A stretch of 64,000 nucleotides of DNA from Callorhinchus milii. Taxonomy: Eukaryota. The stretch lies in NCBI RefSeq assembly GCF_018977255.1, contig NW_024704742.1:8124001-8188000 (forward strand), given 5' to 3'. Made by a program: the position numbers and the translations under genes. The notes below the pieces were generated by a model, which saw nothing but the letters and a program-made list of their open reading frames with translations, was not told where the DNA came from and ran no database searches. Below are positions 25,831-39,182 of this stretch, piece by piece. The first letter of the stretch is position 1. Each line of letters begins with the position of its first letter.

Positions 25831-26394
25831 CTTGAGATAAATACATTTTGTTACGTTTCCGTATTTCAAATACTTACAGCACAATCTCTTTCTTAGAAAC
25901 ACAAAGGCCAAATGATGGAAGACAGTAAAAACAAACTGATTGAACAATTTTCTTTGGCTTACAAGAGTCACACAAATGTCTCCAAATTTTTGGCTCTGTT
26001 GGCAGTACTCTTGCCTCCGAGTCAGAAGGTTGTGAACTCATAGTCTCAGCTGACACTCAAATGCAAAGCGCTGCTGCAGTATTGGAGGCGCTATCCTTTG
26101 GATGAGATGTTACAACAAGGTCCTGTCTTTTCTTTAGGTGGACATAACAATCTAATGGCATTGTTCAAAAAGAAAATGGGGGCTGCTTCATAGTCGTTTT
26201 ATGCACCTTTGGCATCCCAAGGGAAGATATCCCGATGTGAAAGGTGCTGTACTAATGTATTTTTGTACTGTACCCTAACCTTGAGTCACCACCTTCAGGA
26301 ATAGACAGGAAAATTGTGGGTGGATTAAATTTGCTACAATTCACTATATTATTATTGATCTGGGAATGGAATACTGTATTATCAGACCTCTTAC

Positions 26395-26550
26395 CTAGAT
26401 TAAAGAAACTGGAGCTGGAGGATGGAGCAGGGACATTATTTGTAGACGGTAAAGTTGTAGTGCTGGGATCAAGGAAGTTTCCAAACAGATCAGTCTCAGA
26501 CTGGCTTGGGTCTGTTGTTGGAGATGCCGTACCAAACGGATCAAAGGGAT
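26395..26550 (-). CDS. GAK: GAK exon (ex22), DPF motifs
   Basis: DPFDPFGTASPTTDPSQSETDLFGNFLDP...SSFFNL; phase 1-1. Confidence 0.92.
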   Translation of the reverse strand: MPLIRLVRHLQQQTQASLRLICLETSLIPALQLYRLQIMSLLHPPAPVSLI

Positions 26551-27282
26551 CTTTGAAAAAGCAGATAAATAAAATTAATACAGTTTCCATCAAGTTAGCA
26601 GCCCATTTCATATTGGCTATCAGTTCGTGGAATGGAAAGAGAAGTTTGTGCATAAAAGTTATTATTGTACTATTTTCCTTCAAAATCAATTTTGAAATAA
26701 TTTAGTCACTCAATCTACAAGTGTTTTTGGGACACTGCTGTATGCAATTGGTTGCCGTGTTTTGCCCCAAAATATACAGTCAATTCATTTTACAGTATAT
26801 TCTGTGAAGCGATTTGAGACGTCTCGAAGACGTGATAAGGTACTATATCAAACGCAAGGATTATTATTATTATTACCTTATCTCAAGACTCACTGAAATG
26901 ATCAACTCACACTACACCAGAACAGACAATATTTAATGAAAACAGTTCAATTGCTGGATTTACAAGCTCATCAAAACTGTTATTTAACACAAAATTGTCA
27001 TTTATTAGTATGACACCTTACCTCCCTAATCTTTCCTTCCTGACACAATCCACAGCCTTTTAAACCACAAGCTTGGTATTACCTTGGAATATTATTACTT
27101 TGCTTTCCATTTCATTTTTTTCCCATTGAGGTCTTATAATGGATTAGCTGTACCCGTTACAGCTATGCTTGCAATCAGTTTAATTTAATCGTCCTTCTCT
27201 CTTTCATCTGTCATTTTTATTTGTCCTTGAAAGGCTTCTTAGGCATCTTTATCTCTTAAGATTAAGAAAATGTGCTATTGAA

Positions 27283-27586
27283 CTTGTTAGCATCCCTTGT
27301 TCACATATTTGCGCACATATCCTTTTGGGAGGACTCCTGTTGGGAGGACTCAGTGGGAAGACTCAGTGAAAGAACTCCTGGTTGGGAGGACTCCTGGTTG
27401 GGAGGACTCTTGGATGGAGTCCATACATGTGTAATGAGCTTGTTTAAGTCACGATAGGAGATCCCAGAAAACAAATATGCCCATGACACTCCCCAAGCAA
27501 GACCTTTCCGATGAGGTATAAATCATGTCTCTAAGTCAATCGGTTAGACAGACACAGACAGACATTTCTCCTTTATTAGTATAAGA
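27283..27586 (-). mobile_element. Non-autonomous Helitron-like element
   Basis: A|TCTTATACTAATAAAGG...(TCTG)n 5' end; degenerate subterminal hairpin and CAAG|T 3' end. Confidence 0.55.
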
Positions 27587-27904
27587 TAGACGCTGACTAA
27601 AATTAACTTGGCAAGTTAATTTTAACTCTGACTAAAATTAACTTGGCAAGCAACACTTATTATATTGAAAATAAAACAGAAGTCGTTGGGAAAACTCAGC
27701 AGGTCAGGCAGCATCTATGTTCCCAGCGACTTCTGTTTTTGTTTTCAGAATTCCAGCATCTGTAGTATTTTCTGTTTCGTTTCTTATATTGATTTGATGC
27801 AAGGAAATAATAGTTTGTGTGCAATGCGGTCTGCAGTTTCATACAAATAGGGAATACTTTATTGAAAAAAATAACTTATTCATTTATAATAATATGTAAT
27901 ATGT

Positions 27905-28219
27905 ATAATAATCCTTGCATTTGATATAGCGCTTTTCACGTCTTCTAGACGTCTCAAAGCGCTTCACAGAATATACTGTAAAGTGATTGACTGTCGATTT
28001 GTAGGCGAAACGCGGCAGCCAATTGCGCACAGCAGTGTCCCACAAACAGTCGTGGATTGAAGTGACCAATTTATTGTTGTTTTTTTTTCTTGAGGGATTA
28101 TTTTCAGGCGTGTGGAGTAAGGAAACTTGCCCAAGGTTTCACCCTGACCTGCTGGGAATCAAATCCAGATCTCTCGCTTGCGAGGCAAGTGCTGTAACCA
28201 CTGAGCTACAGGACTCCAC
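27905..28219 (-). mobile_element. tRNA-derived SINE, internal-deletion variant
   Basis: Same family; lacks the central segment. Confidence 0.88.
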
Positions 28220-28818
28220 TGTACCACATTTACAATGTTAGTGCCAGCAAATTTTCCTTAATTATGCCACAAAATACTTTTGTGTAATTCATTATTCTTC
28301 CCCCTAAATAAATTTTCCACAATCTAACAGGGGAGGAGGGGAAGAGAAAACATCCTCTTCTGCTAACAACTATAGATCTCTTGTATATTTCAGCAAGAAA
28401 CCCGCTGGTAGCAAAGGGAGTGACAACCGTCCCAAAATAGCTAATGAGCTGCTGAGAGATGAGATGAAAATATCCGTTTAAACGTATGTATATGCATTTA
28501 TGACAGGAACCAGATATTCTTTTGAGTGACCTGGCCTATGGGTTGAAGTTACGACCCATGGCAGCTAAATGTAATGATTCTCACAATCTCGATTTATAAT
28601 TCGAAATTCTTATTATGATTTGAGTGTCAAAGTCTTTATTAGTCACAGTATGTGGTGGCAAGTGGAATTCACTCCATGGTTCCTAAGTAATTAATTCTTT
28701 CAACCATTTTAACACACTGCTTAGACTTACAGTTTCAGTTCTGCTTGTTGACCTGTAAAGTAATTTTTTTTCAAAATTAAGATATAATCTTACAAGTGAG
28801 TGCCACTATCATACATAC

Positions 28819-29313
28819 CAGCTGAAGTGTGTGCTGTAGAAGACACTGGAACTGGTTCTACAGAGGGTAGGGGTGCTCCACTAAAGAAGAAATCTTCCTC
28901 CCCTCCAATAAGGTCAGTCGAGAGATCCTGTGGCATTTCTGATGTACTTCCGGCAAACAAGTCATTCAGCAAGTCAGCATTGCTGGACGAGCTCTTCAGT
29001 TCAATTGTCGGAGGGGCAGCCTCACATGGCTCATCAGTGTCAAGTCCAAGCAAATCCACATTGTCTACTTCAGAGGATTCTATCGGTTGCTCAGATGCTG
29101 CTCCGAAATCTGCTTCAAAGAAAAAGTTGACAGTATTCTTTTCCTCGAGCTGAGCTGGGCTTTCTGGCTCCTCATCAACCTTTGCCGCACTGCGCGCACT
29201 AGAAAATACAGCAAATTCATCCTCCGATGGCCCACTTTCATCCACCAGCCCACTGTGGTCATCCTCATTCGGAGATTGTTCCTCATTCGTCCTCGAATCA
29301 GCTTCTCTTTCTT
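28819..29313 (-). CDS. GAK: GAK exon (ex21), acidic clathrin-binding region
   Basis: EEREADSR...VDLLGLD...LKSSSSNADLLNDLF...HTSA; DLL motifs; 495 nt, phase 1-1. Confidence 0.93.
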
Positions 29314-29567
29314 CTGGATAAACAAAAAGGTCAGATTGAGTAATGACTGATTTCTCTCTACACATTTGGTTTCTCTGCTTTTCTAGAAAATAACTTGTGC
29401 CGCATATAAATGCCAGCCACCCTCAGTACCTTGTGTAGATAGCAATTCACGAAACCCAAAGAGCAAGGGATTGTCAGGGGGCTATTTGACTGCGGAGTAT
29501 ATTAAAGCAAGCCTAACCACATTCTTACTTGCTCTTACAAGTGCATCTGTTTGTGGCTTCCTGAAGT

Positions 29568-29842
29568 CAGTGGTTAGTGAGCTCACCTCGCAAGCGAGAT
29601 TCCCGGGCGGGGCAAAACCTTAGGCAAGTTTCCTTACCCCACTGTTTATCTAGCAGCAAGTAGGAACCCGGTTGATGGTCGATTGGTGGATCGTTTTCCG
29701 GGGGTAATAATCCCTCCAATTAAAAAAATAAATGCAAATTTGGTCACTCAATCCACCATCGTTTATATGTTATAACACCCTCTTATCACATCGAAGATGT
29801 GATAAGGCGCTATATTAAATGCAAGGATTATTATTATTATTA
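29568..29842 (+). mobile_element. tRNA-derived SINE (deleted)
   Basis: Same family. Confidence 0.85.
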
Positions 29843-30999
29843 TACGATGGCTTACCCCACTAAAAAAAAAGCTGACTTCTGTTTTTTAGGTTGCCACTGA
29901 CGTCATTTCTTGCATGTTGTGCACAAGTACCACCATTGATATCACTTCTCAAAGGAAGTGACAACAGCAGGGTTGTTTGTGTGTCGTGTGCCTGTGCAGT
30001 ACACATGAACAGTGATCATACACTGAACATACACATCAACAGTGATCCCACAACCCGCAAGTCAACCTTTTTCATGCTTCACTTCTGACATGGTTTCTAG
30101 CTATTGGATCCAGAGAATCATGTTATAATGAAGTCCCTGTGGCTAAAGATGGCAATTCTGGACATGCTTCAAAAACCTTGATTAAATTGACTAAAGCAAA
30201 AATAACCAATGCTTTTGTTCCTGTAAAGCCACTCATACTACAGTTTTATTAAAACATTAAGAAGCTGCTTAAATTCGAATGATCTTATGGTGATTAAATG
30301 AAACACAGATCGGATAGATTTGTTTTAGGAAATAACATTATGGGATATAGTACATAGGTAATTTGGGATACATGTGCAAGCTATTGCCAGGAAGGTGGGA
30401 GGCGAACTAGATGGACCCTGGTCTTTTTTCGTCTAGCATTTCTTATGATCTTATGTTATGTGATAAAACAAAAAAAAGATTATTTAAGAATAAAATTTAA
30501 ACATCTCTCCTCCTCCTTGCACAACTTAACCTGTCTAATTTTCTGATGTTCTATGGACTAAACCAACATGACTTGAAAAAGAATATAATAATATTCCTTG
30601 CATGTGATGTAGCGCCTTATGATCAAAATAAATTTAAAAAAGAAACCATTTTATGATTTTCCTCCAAAATGTTTGCCTCTGTATAAGTGTACAGCTTTAT
30701 GTGGTTTCAGAACCACAACAGTCCATTTTTTCAGAGGGTACATGACTCACAACACTGGTCTCTGATAGCAATCGTTTGGTAATGAGATTGTCACTAGAAA
30801 CAGTCATATCCCTTCAATTACATTGGTGAAGACAACCCAACATTTTGTGTAGGCTGGAGTTTGTCCAACCACAAGGTCCCTCTTTTTGAAAGATTACAAT
30901 AGGGATGGTAAAGCATGTAAAGCCATGTAAAGCAAAGGCCAGTGTTAAACAGAAACTTGGATTGTACTTTAATGAAGAAGAAGGAGGAGATGCACTCAC

Positions 31000-31149
31000 C
31001 TTGCCAGTCTAACGTTTCGAAAAAAACGTTTTCACTCTGGAGTGACGTCTTGTCTGCTGCATCCATACTCTCTGCACCAGGATCAGGTGTGGCTTCTTCT
31101 GCATCATATTGTGCTGTTGAACCTGGCTGTCTGGGCAGTTCAGGTTTTC
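31000..31149 (-). CDS. GAK: GAK exon (ex20)
   Basis: GKPELPRQPGSTAQYDAEEATPDPGAESMDAADKTSLQSENVFFETLDWQ; phase 1-1. Confidence 0.93.
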
Positions 31150-31589
31150 CTTTATGATGAGTAAAACATTTGTAAATGAAAGGTACATTTTGCCTGATAA
31201 TTTATTGTCGTCCCTATATATAAAAAAAGTAAAATTCACTTTACAGTATATGCTGTGAAGTGCTTTGAGACGTCTTGACGAAGTGATAAGGCGCTATATG
31301 TCAGTTCATAGTTTTGGTGACATAGTATGAAATAGTACAGTCAATGTTGTTAAACTATAGACCTCAACATTATCCAGTTAAGGAAACCATAGAATACTGA
31401 AACTAGTTTATGTTCTTGTTTTAAACAATCAACACAGCAAAATACAATTTTACTTGACTGTGAATTACTACTGAATGAATCAAATGGGTATAATAGGAAG
31501 ATTTTTCACTTTAGCTAAAATAGCATTTATTTCTATTGGATCAGAAGTCAGTTTCTTCTAAATCTCCTCTTTGAACATCAACCTGGGTT

Positions 31590-32210
31590 ATAATAATAAA
31601 CCTTACATTGATTTAGCGTCTTATCACGTCTTTGAGATGCTTCACAGAATATACTGTAGTGAATTGACTGTGTACTTTGTGGGAGAACAGTCATGGACTG
31701 AGTGACCAAATCATTATTATTCTTTTTTTTTTAACCCCCGGAAAAGCAATCTGCCAATCGACAAACAACCAGGTTCCTACTTACTGCTTACTGCTAGGTG
31801 TGTGTGGAGTAAGGAAACTTGCCCAATCTTTCGCCCTCCCCAGGAATCAAAACTAGGTCCTCTCGCTTGCGAGGTGAGTGCTCTAACCACTGAGCTACAG
31901 CACTCCACAGGTTTGGTGGTAGCACTCTCGCCTCATTGCTATGCGCAAACTGGCTGCTGCGTTTCTCCACAAAATACAGTCAATTAACTTTGCAGTATAT
32001 TCTGTGAAGCCCTTTGCGACATCTCGAAGACATGATAATAAATTTTTCATTTCAATCCACGACTGTTTGTGGGACACTGCTGTACGCAATTGGCTGCCGC
32101 GTTTCGCCCACAAATATACAGTCAATTCACTTTACAGCACATTCTGTGAAGTGCTTTGAGATGTCTTGACTGAGTGATAAGACGCTGTATCAAATGCAAG
32201 GACTATTATT
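31590..32210. mobile_element. SINE cluster: minus copy 31590-31909 plus forward fragments
   Basis: Same family in both orientations. Confidence 0.85.
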
Positions 32211-32501
32211 GTTTCGCCCACAAAATATACAGTCATAAATGTCCTGACAGGGCTAAGACTTCTTTAATTGTTACTTCAAAAGCAAATTTGCTTGCTTTTT
32301 TTCAATCTCTGCCAGGTTGGAATATTTATGTTGAACAAGTTTGAACTGAAAACTGTATGAGAATACTGAGGCTTTTTAATATCAACAGTCCGAGACTCTG
32401 CCCCGCGTGAATATATTCATATATTATATGAATGTAAATTGTTTTTATTCTAACAAATTGTATAAACTATAAGTGTTGGTTTGTGTCTCCACAAGGCATA
32501 C

Positions 32502-32695
32502 CAAATTTAGACAGCATCTCTTGCTGTTCTTCACGACTAGAGAAGAGGATCTTAGGATTGAGTCCTTTTGTCACAAAGTTTTCCCAGGGCGGCACCTTAC
32601 TGCTGACTTTGTCTCGAGGTTCCACCTCTACTTCCAGAGTTACCTGGAAGAGATCTGGGTATTTCTCCTGGATGTCACATGCATCAAGATCATAC
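32502..32695 (-). CDS. GAK: GAK exon (ex19), end of C2
   Basis: YDLDACDIQEKYPDLFQVTLEVEVEPRDK...NPKILFSSREEQQEMLSKF; 194 nt. Confidence 0.97.
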
Positions 32696-33240
32696 CTGCA
32701 ATATAATATAGTTTAATTGAAAGCATTTTACATTGGAACTACTTTAAACCTAAATCAAGTCTAATAATTTGTAGGGATTCTTTTAGTTTTATAATCACCA
32801 AGTTTCACTGAGCTACAACTAGGTGTAAGGCAAAATATATACTTAACTATTGCTTAGATTAGTCTTGTAAACCAGAAGCGCTTATAGGTTTGAAAATATA
32901 AAGTCCATAAATGCCACTGATCCACTAGTAATGCAGGTTGGACCTGCATTTTATTCAGTCATTGAATCATACCATTCCAGCACAAACTCCAAACAATCCC
33001 CACCCACCACCCCAAAGTCAATATAAACCTGTGTTTGATCAGTAATGTGTTTTCAGTTTCTGCCTGATTGAAAACTTCATGGCATAAATCAAGAAATATT
33101 CAATTGAGAAAAGCCACCACAGATCTAAATTAACTTTTTTTTAAAATATAACCGTGAAATATCCACCCAAAACATTAAACAATCTTTATCTATCAGGTCC
33201 TCATCGCCTATTTCCAGCATTAAAATTTAAAAAGACTTAC

Positions 33241-33320
33241 TTTGCAAATTTCACCAAGGTAGCATTTCTGGGCACGAATCCTGTATGGAACTGAATTTGG
33301 AACATCTTCATGGAAGTCAT
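33241..33320 (-). CDS. GAK: GAK exon (ex18), C2
   Basis: MTSMKMFQIQFHTGFVPRNATLVKFA(K); 80 nt. Confidence 0.97.
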
Positions 33321-33823
33321 CTAGAAAAAAAAGTTTCAATAAATGTTTCCAAATCTCTGCAACAGTGAACTCCATTTTTGTTTTTTTTCACACAGCTTTT
33401 TTGTAAAATAAGTTTTTTGGAAAATAATAATCCATTCTTGCATTTGATACAGAGCCAATCCAAAAATGGTTGTGGGTAAGTGAATTTTAAAACTGAATGA
33501 GATGGTATTTTAACCACAAAATCTGAGGACATTTCAAAATACTCCTGCTACAACAAAATAAAATCTGTTTCAATTATTAATTCTCAATTTTCAAAAACTG
33601 GTTAAAAACTTCTTTGCCTTGCAGTACTTTTCAAGGCAAAACAAAAACATGTTCGTAAAATCCAGCATATCATTAATTACAGTTGTCAAATAGATATCCA
33701 CTTTTTGCATCCACCCCCTTCAGCAAGATACGTATGCTTATTTATCCAGTCAATTTAGAAAGTGCAAAACTCGCTATCAAAGTATTTGGAATGAGTGAGT
33801 GTAATTTGATATTTTGCCCATAC

Positions 33824-33941
33824 CTTTGCCTGCAGTCTCCCTCCAAGTGTTGATCTGGCATGAAAGATTACAATGAGGACATCACCCTGGACACTTAAAC
33901 CAAGTGGAATTATTGCCTTACCATCTTCAATCTTAAATTCC
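33824..33941 (-). CDS. GAK: GAK exon (ex17), C2
   Basis: EFKIEDGKAIIPLGLSVQGDVLIVIFHARSTLGGRLQAK; 118 nt. Confidence 0.97.
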
Positions 33942-35069
33942 CTGAAAAGACAGATTCAGGGCGTACTTTACATAAGCACAAAATAATGAAACACAATGTG
34001 AATTCCAATAATCTAGATAAATACAAAAGGAAACTAGATAAATCCCTAGAAAGGAGTAACCTGCAAGGATGTGGGGAAAGGGCAGGTAAATGGGCCTGAA
34101 AGAGCTAGCTGAATGGGCTTCTTTGCTGTAAATTTCAACAGTTCTAAAACTTAATTCCCATCTCATCTGCAATAAATTACTGATGTTGAACAGTTTATCT
34201 TTTCGCCCATCAATTGTCCCCCTTCCTCATCTCCAAAACCATTTTAGCTATTTTGTACTATAGCGTGGAACAGTTCCATTGGTACCCAACACCCTCCAGT
34301 ACCTCAACTAAGATGCCATCATTCACATGTGTGCTTTAACTGTAGGGGTTGGCAGACAGGTTGCGTTACAGCCAAGTCTAACGCTGTTCTCTTGAAACAT
34401 CCAGACTTTGACAGAGAGGGATTTCCAGTTCGGGGCCAAATTATGGGTAATTGTGTGCTGACTGATCAGCAGGAAGCAGCTTGTCTTATTTCACACAGGG
34501 TCCCCACAACTCTGAGATTAATAATAATCATTGCATTTGATATTGTACTTAAGCACACTGCAATATCTCAAAGCATTTCACAGAGGTTTCTGAAATGTGT
34601 ACTGTCTATGCAGGTACAGGCAATGCTAGCAGCTAATTTTGCACACAATGTCCCACAAACAGCCATGAAGCAGATTTAACTGGGGATTGTTGGACATCAG
34701 CAGAAATTCCCTTTTCTTTTCAAATTGTGCCATGGGATCTTTAGCCTCCATTTCATTCGAAGGAGGTTACTTCTGACAATGCAGAGGTCCATCCCCCCAA
34801 CCCACCTCCCACTGAAATGGACTGTATACCTACCCTATAGGTAATTAATTCAATCACTTATTCAATCCTTTGATTGAAGGTACGAACACAGATAACAATC
34901 CTTCCATTTGCTACAGCGCCTTTGGCGTCAGGAAGACGTCTCAAAGCGCTTCCCAAAGCACTGATTTACTTGCAGGCGAACAAAGCTAATACAGCAACAG
35001 CAACTTGTATTTACTTAGCACAACCTCACCCGGGTAGCATCCACTAATGAGCTCATGGAGAGCAATTAC

Positions 35070-35264
35070 CTCAGTTTATCATATTCTTGAGAGGTGGTCA
35101 TCACCCGACTGTCGCCCATGTACACTTCACAGAAGGGGCGGCAAGCACTCCGCTGTTTGTTAAATAAGGGAACAGGCGTCATCACAATGGACTTGATGAC
35201 GATGGGTTTGTTGTGGGGGATAATTGGTTCTTCTGCCATCATGTCACACATGTACTCCACACAC
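35070..35264 (-). CDS. GAK: GAK exon (ex16), PTEN/C2
   Basis: CVEYMCDMMAEEPIIPHNKPIVIKSIVMTPVPLFNKQRSACRPFCEVYMGDSRVMTTSQEYDKL(R); 195 nt. Confidence 0.97.
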
Positions 35265-36812
35265 CTACAAACAAGAACATATCATAGCAAGATAGTGTAT
35301 AAAAACTGCTATTGCGCCACACTCTCAGGAACGAACATCACTGATGAGAAATGAATACACATATGTTTGGGATAAAAGGAAACGTAAATACAAGCAGACC
35401 GAGAGAAAAACAGACATTTGCTAGAAAGCGATATAATAACAGTCAGGTAGGTTATCATTTTTAGTATGTAATTATGGTCCAACAAGACTAAACTACCCTT
35501 TAAGTGTTGATTGTCGTGCTGTGCAAATTCAGACAGGTCACTCTGAGCTCTTCTCTGAATCTGCTGTGACTTTGTGCCTACTTGGTGCAAACAATTAGTG
35601 AGCTTAATATAGGTGCTTTGTGGTTTACTTCAATAAAATGCAATTGATCAAGGCAGTGATTGCCTGAAGCCTGGCAAAGACAGTTTAAGCTTTCTTTTTA
35701 AAATTGACTTGGAACAAGAAATGGACCAAGACAAATCTCACTGATGGTATCTGAGATGACTCAATCAATCAAATTTAGAATAAACTGCCTCAACCTATGT
35801 ATCATTTTGTAATAATGCTGACATGCCTTTAAAGCTTGTTCTGCGCTGGTAGCACTCTCTGATTTTTACAAGAAAAGAATTTCACTTACACAGTTCAATT
35901 TTTCTTACATGTACAGACCTTTTGTTATTGAACGATTTGAAAATGAACCCACTGTTCTCACCAGATTTTGAAACAAAGAGCTAAGTTCATCACTTGAATG
36001 AAAGCTGTTTTTCTGAAGCAAAGGACACTTTCATTTTATAAGAATGTATATTTTACAGGAAAGCTCAAAATCATTGTTCACTTAATACACACCACAAAAC
36101 AAGATTTTATCACTGCTTCTGAAAATGCTTTGGAAATGGTCACATTGTTAGAAATCATTTATAAATCGACTGTCTGATGCATCCTTATGTGATGTATTGT
36201 GAGAGTTGAAGGCTATGCAGTAAATGAAAGCTTTAAATTAGTGGGTAATTTATATCAAACATGGATGTAAATGACTGGCAATTATAAGACAGGTATTCTG
36301 CAGAATATCTTTACAAATATACAAACAAATTCATATTTGCCGATATCAAAAAGATCAAAATGCAAAGTATAGGTTTGTCCTATCAATGTATGTGCAGGAA
36401 CACTAATGTCAATTCTTCTGCAACTTTCAATCCCCACCCACCAAAACTGCTCATTGAACACTTATTGTTAAATCAGGCAACACTGAGGCCTACAGACGCT
36501 GATTTGTTTTTTTATAGCTAGCAGCTTCCAATAGCTAGAACTTTCTTGCTACAAACAAGGCTAGAGTTTCTGCTGTTCTCGTTTTCAGCTGTTTCTTCTT
36601 TCCCTTCAAAAATACCAACACCAGCACTAGCTGGTCATGAGTGGCTCACTATTAATTGACCACTTGGTGGCCCACTAGCAATGCCCTTGTCTGATCCTTA
36701 AATGACTATGGAAACGTGCTGCCTTACTTCATAGGACTATTTGGTTTAACAGTGCATCTGCTTTGCAGCATTCTCTAACCCCCCCCTCTTTCTCTTCAGG
36801 ATGTAAACGTAC

Positions 36813-36946
36813 CTTTTGTGAGAAGGCCAGATGCCAGGAGGTGATCGCTTCATACTGAACATGTAAACTGCAGCCTCCGCAGTGCTGAAGAGACGGCAAA
36901 AGCACAAGAAAGAACAAACCACCACAGCAGATGCTGCCCGCCCATC
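36813..36946 (-). CDS. GAK: GAK exon (ex15), PTEN-like
   Basis: DGRAASAVVVCSFLCFCRLFSTAEAAVYMFSMKRSPPGIWPSHK(R); 134 nt. Confidence 0.97.
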
Positions 36947-37289
36947 CTGATTCACAAGATATCAATCGTGGAATCAATGTTTGCAAGAAAATACACATGT
37001 AATAATACAGCTTTTTTAAAAAGTTAGATAGTCACTATCACATTCACATAAATGCACAAATTTACTAGGTCATTTATTGGGGGAATAGAACGTGTTTAAA
37101 AATATAGAGGCGATCCACAATTTTTCCCATTTTACATTATTTTCTATTAAAATGCATAGATTTGTACATGGTAGTTTGACATTATTCTCAGATTTAATGC
37201 ACTCATCATTTTCCATTCTCAGTCCAGCTAACAAGTTTGTCATCACAGACAACTTTTCTAATGCCCAACTCACCAGACTCCACTCTTCA

Positions 37290-38530
37290 CAACAACAACA
37301 ACAACAAATTACATTTGTAAAGCACCTTTCATGTCAGGAGGACGTCCCAAGGCGCTGGACAGTCAGGAATCCACACCCGAGTTGGTAGTTAGGATCAGGA
37401 GGGGTGGAGGGCGGGGAGGGTAGGGGTAGAAGGGTGGCCGAAGGCATGGATGAAGAGGAGGGTCTTGAGACGGGTCTTTAAGCGAGGGAGCGAGGCGAAG
37501 GGAATGTGGGTTGGAAGTCTAGAGAGTGGGGGCAGAGAGGCTGAAGGCCTGCCCGCCAATGGTGGGGTGGGCAAGGCAGGCGACATGAAGCAGGTCAGAG
37601 GCCGCTGAACGGAGGAAGTGGACAGTTGTTAGGGGGTTAGGAGGTCACAGAGGTAGGGAGGAGCCAGACCATGGAGGGCTTTGAAGGTGAGGACCAGGAT
37701 CTTGAACTGTATCCTCTAAAGCTTGAGAATGTCCAGAACTCAGCAGCCCGCAGCCTCTCACACAAATGTTCCCATCACCCCCATCTCCTCCAACTCAACT
37801 GGCTCACTAGCTCCTAGCGATCAGCTTTAAAATCCTTGTCCTTGCCATTAATTGCTTCCATGACATTGCCCCACTCTACCTCAGGGATTTCCTGTAACCC
37901 TACACCCGCAGCCACTCTCTCCACTCTTCCAGCTCTGGCCTGCTTCACGCCACCTGCCCACAATGCCCCACCAATGGCTGGCGGACAAGCATTCATCCAC
38001 TGTTCCCACCTCCTCCCTCCTTCTCAGCTTTCAAAGCCCATCCAAAACCCCATCTCTTTGATTCCAGTAACAGACCTTTGCTCTCCCCCATCCTTACCTG
38101 GCTCCACTGGCTTCCCATCACCCAGAGTTCAGGATCCTCGTCCTCATTTTTAAAGCCCTCCACAGTTTGCGCCACTCTAACTTTGTGACCTTCTAAAACC
38201 TATCAACTCACTCACTCCCTCCGCTCAGCAGACATTGTCCTGCTTCACAACCCATGCCCTGCCCACCCCACCATCGGCATTTAGCCTTTCTGCCCTCCAC
38301 TCTCTGAAACTCCACCAGAGTCCCTTCGCTTGCCCCTTCCCTCACCTCCTTCAAAGTCTGTGTCTTAAGACCTTCCTCTTCGGCCCCATCTTCGATCATC
38401 TTCCCAGCCCCACCCGCCTTGGCCCCCTCCCCTCCCGAATCTAATCTCCAGCTTTGGTGCAAACTCTACAGTCCAGCTCCTTGGGACATTCGCCTGACAT
38501 GAATGGCGCTATATAAATGTAAGTTGTTGT
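37290..38530. mobile_element. L2 fragment mosaic (minus, then plus)
   Basis: L2 tails and FKIL/LKTFLF motifs. Confidence 0.8.
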
Positions 38531-39059
38531 TGTATCAGTAGGAGCCAAAGCACTTGGCCATGGTTGTGAGCGGAGAGAACAGCCAGAACTGGATTGTGGA
38601 AGGGCAGTTGAATAAGACGGACATTAGGGAAGACTGGATTAGTTTGGAGTACAGCATTATTGCACAGCACTGCATTTACATTCTGAACAGGGTTTTGCAA
38701 TGAACAACTAGGTCGGGATTCAGAACCGGGTTCAAAATAGAAGCCAAACACGCAACTGCTAAAGGTGCCAAATTACTGGATTATTTCTTCAAAATTATAT
38801 TCACCCACCCGGGAAAGGGAAACCACATTTATCTCAGATCGAGATTTGAATCCTTCTTAAAGAATAGCAGTTGATATCAATTATATTTTAAAGCAGATTC
38901 AAAGGCTCTAAAATAAGGCGTATTAATGAACACAGATAATTTGAATTCCTACTAGTTACTTTGAGAATTGCTTTGAGACAAGTTATGGTACTGATTATCG
39001 TTGGCTCCAACCGCAACAAGTCAATTTTGCCTTTTGACTCATTATAGAGACATACTTAC

Positions 39060-39182
39060 AAGACAGTGGACAACACAGATATTCTTCTGATCTTGCTTTA
39101 ACCATAAGTGCATATTCTTGCAAATATTGAACAGATTTCGTAGACTTGGAGCACGTCTCGCAGGCCAGCCACATTCAGAAAC
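39060..39182 (-). CDS. GAK: GAK exon (ex14), PTEN-like
   Basis: VSECGWPARRAPSLRNLFNICKNMHLWLKQDQKNICVVHCL; 123 nt. Confidence 0.97.

Noticed and set aside
29898..29905. TGACGTCA CRE site in an intron
   Set aside because: A single 8-mer is expected by chance in 64 kb.
36930..39070. Active PTEN-type phosphatase
   Set aside because: The spliced motif HCLDGRAA lacks the CX5R arginine; this is the normal GAK/auxilin pseudophosphatase.
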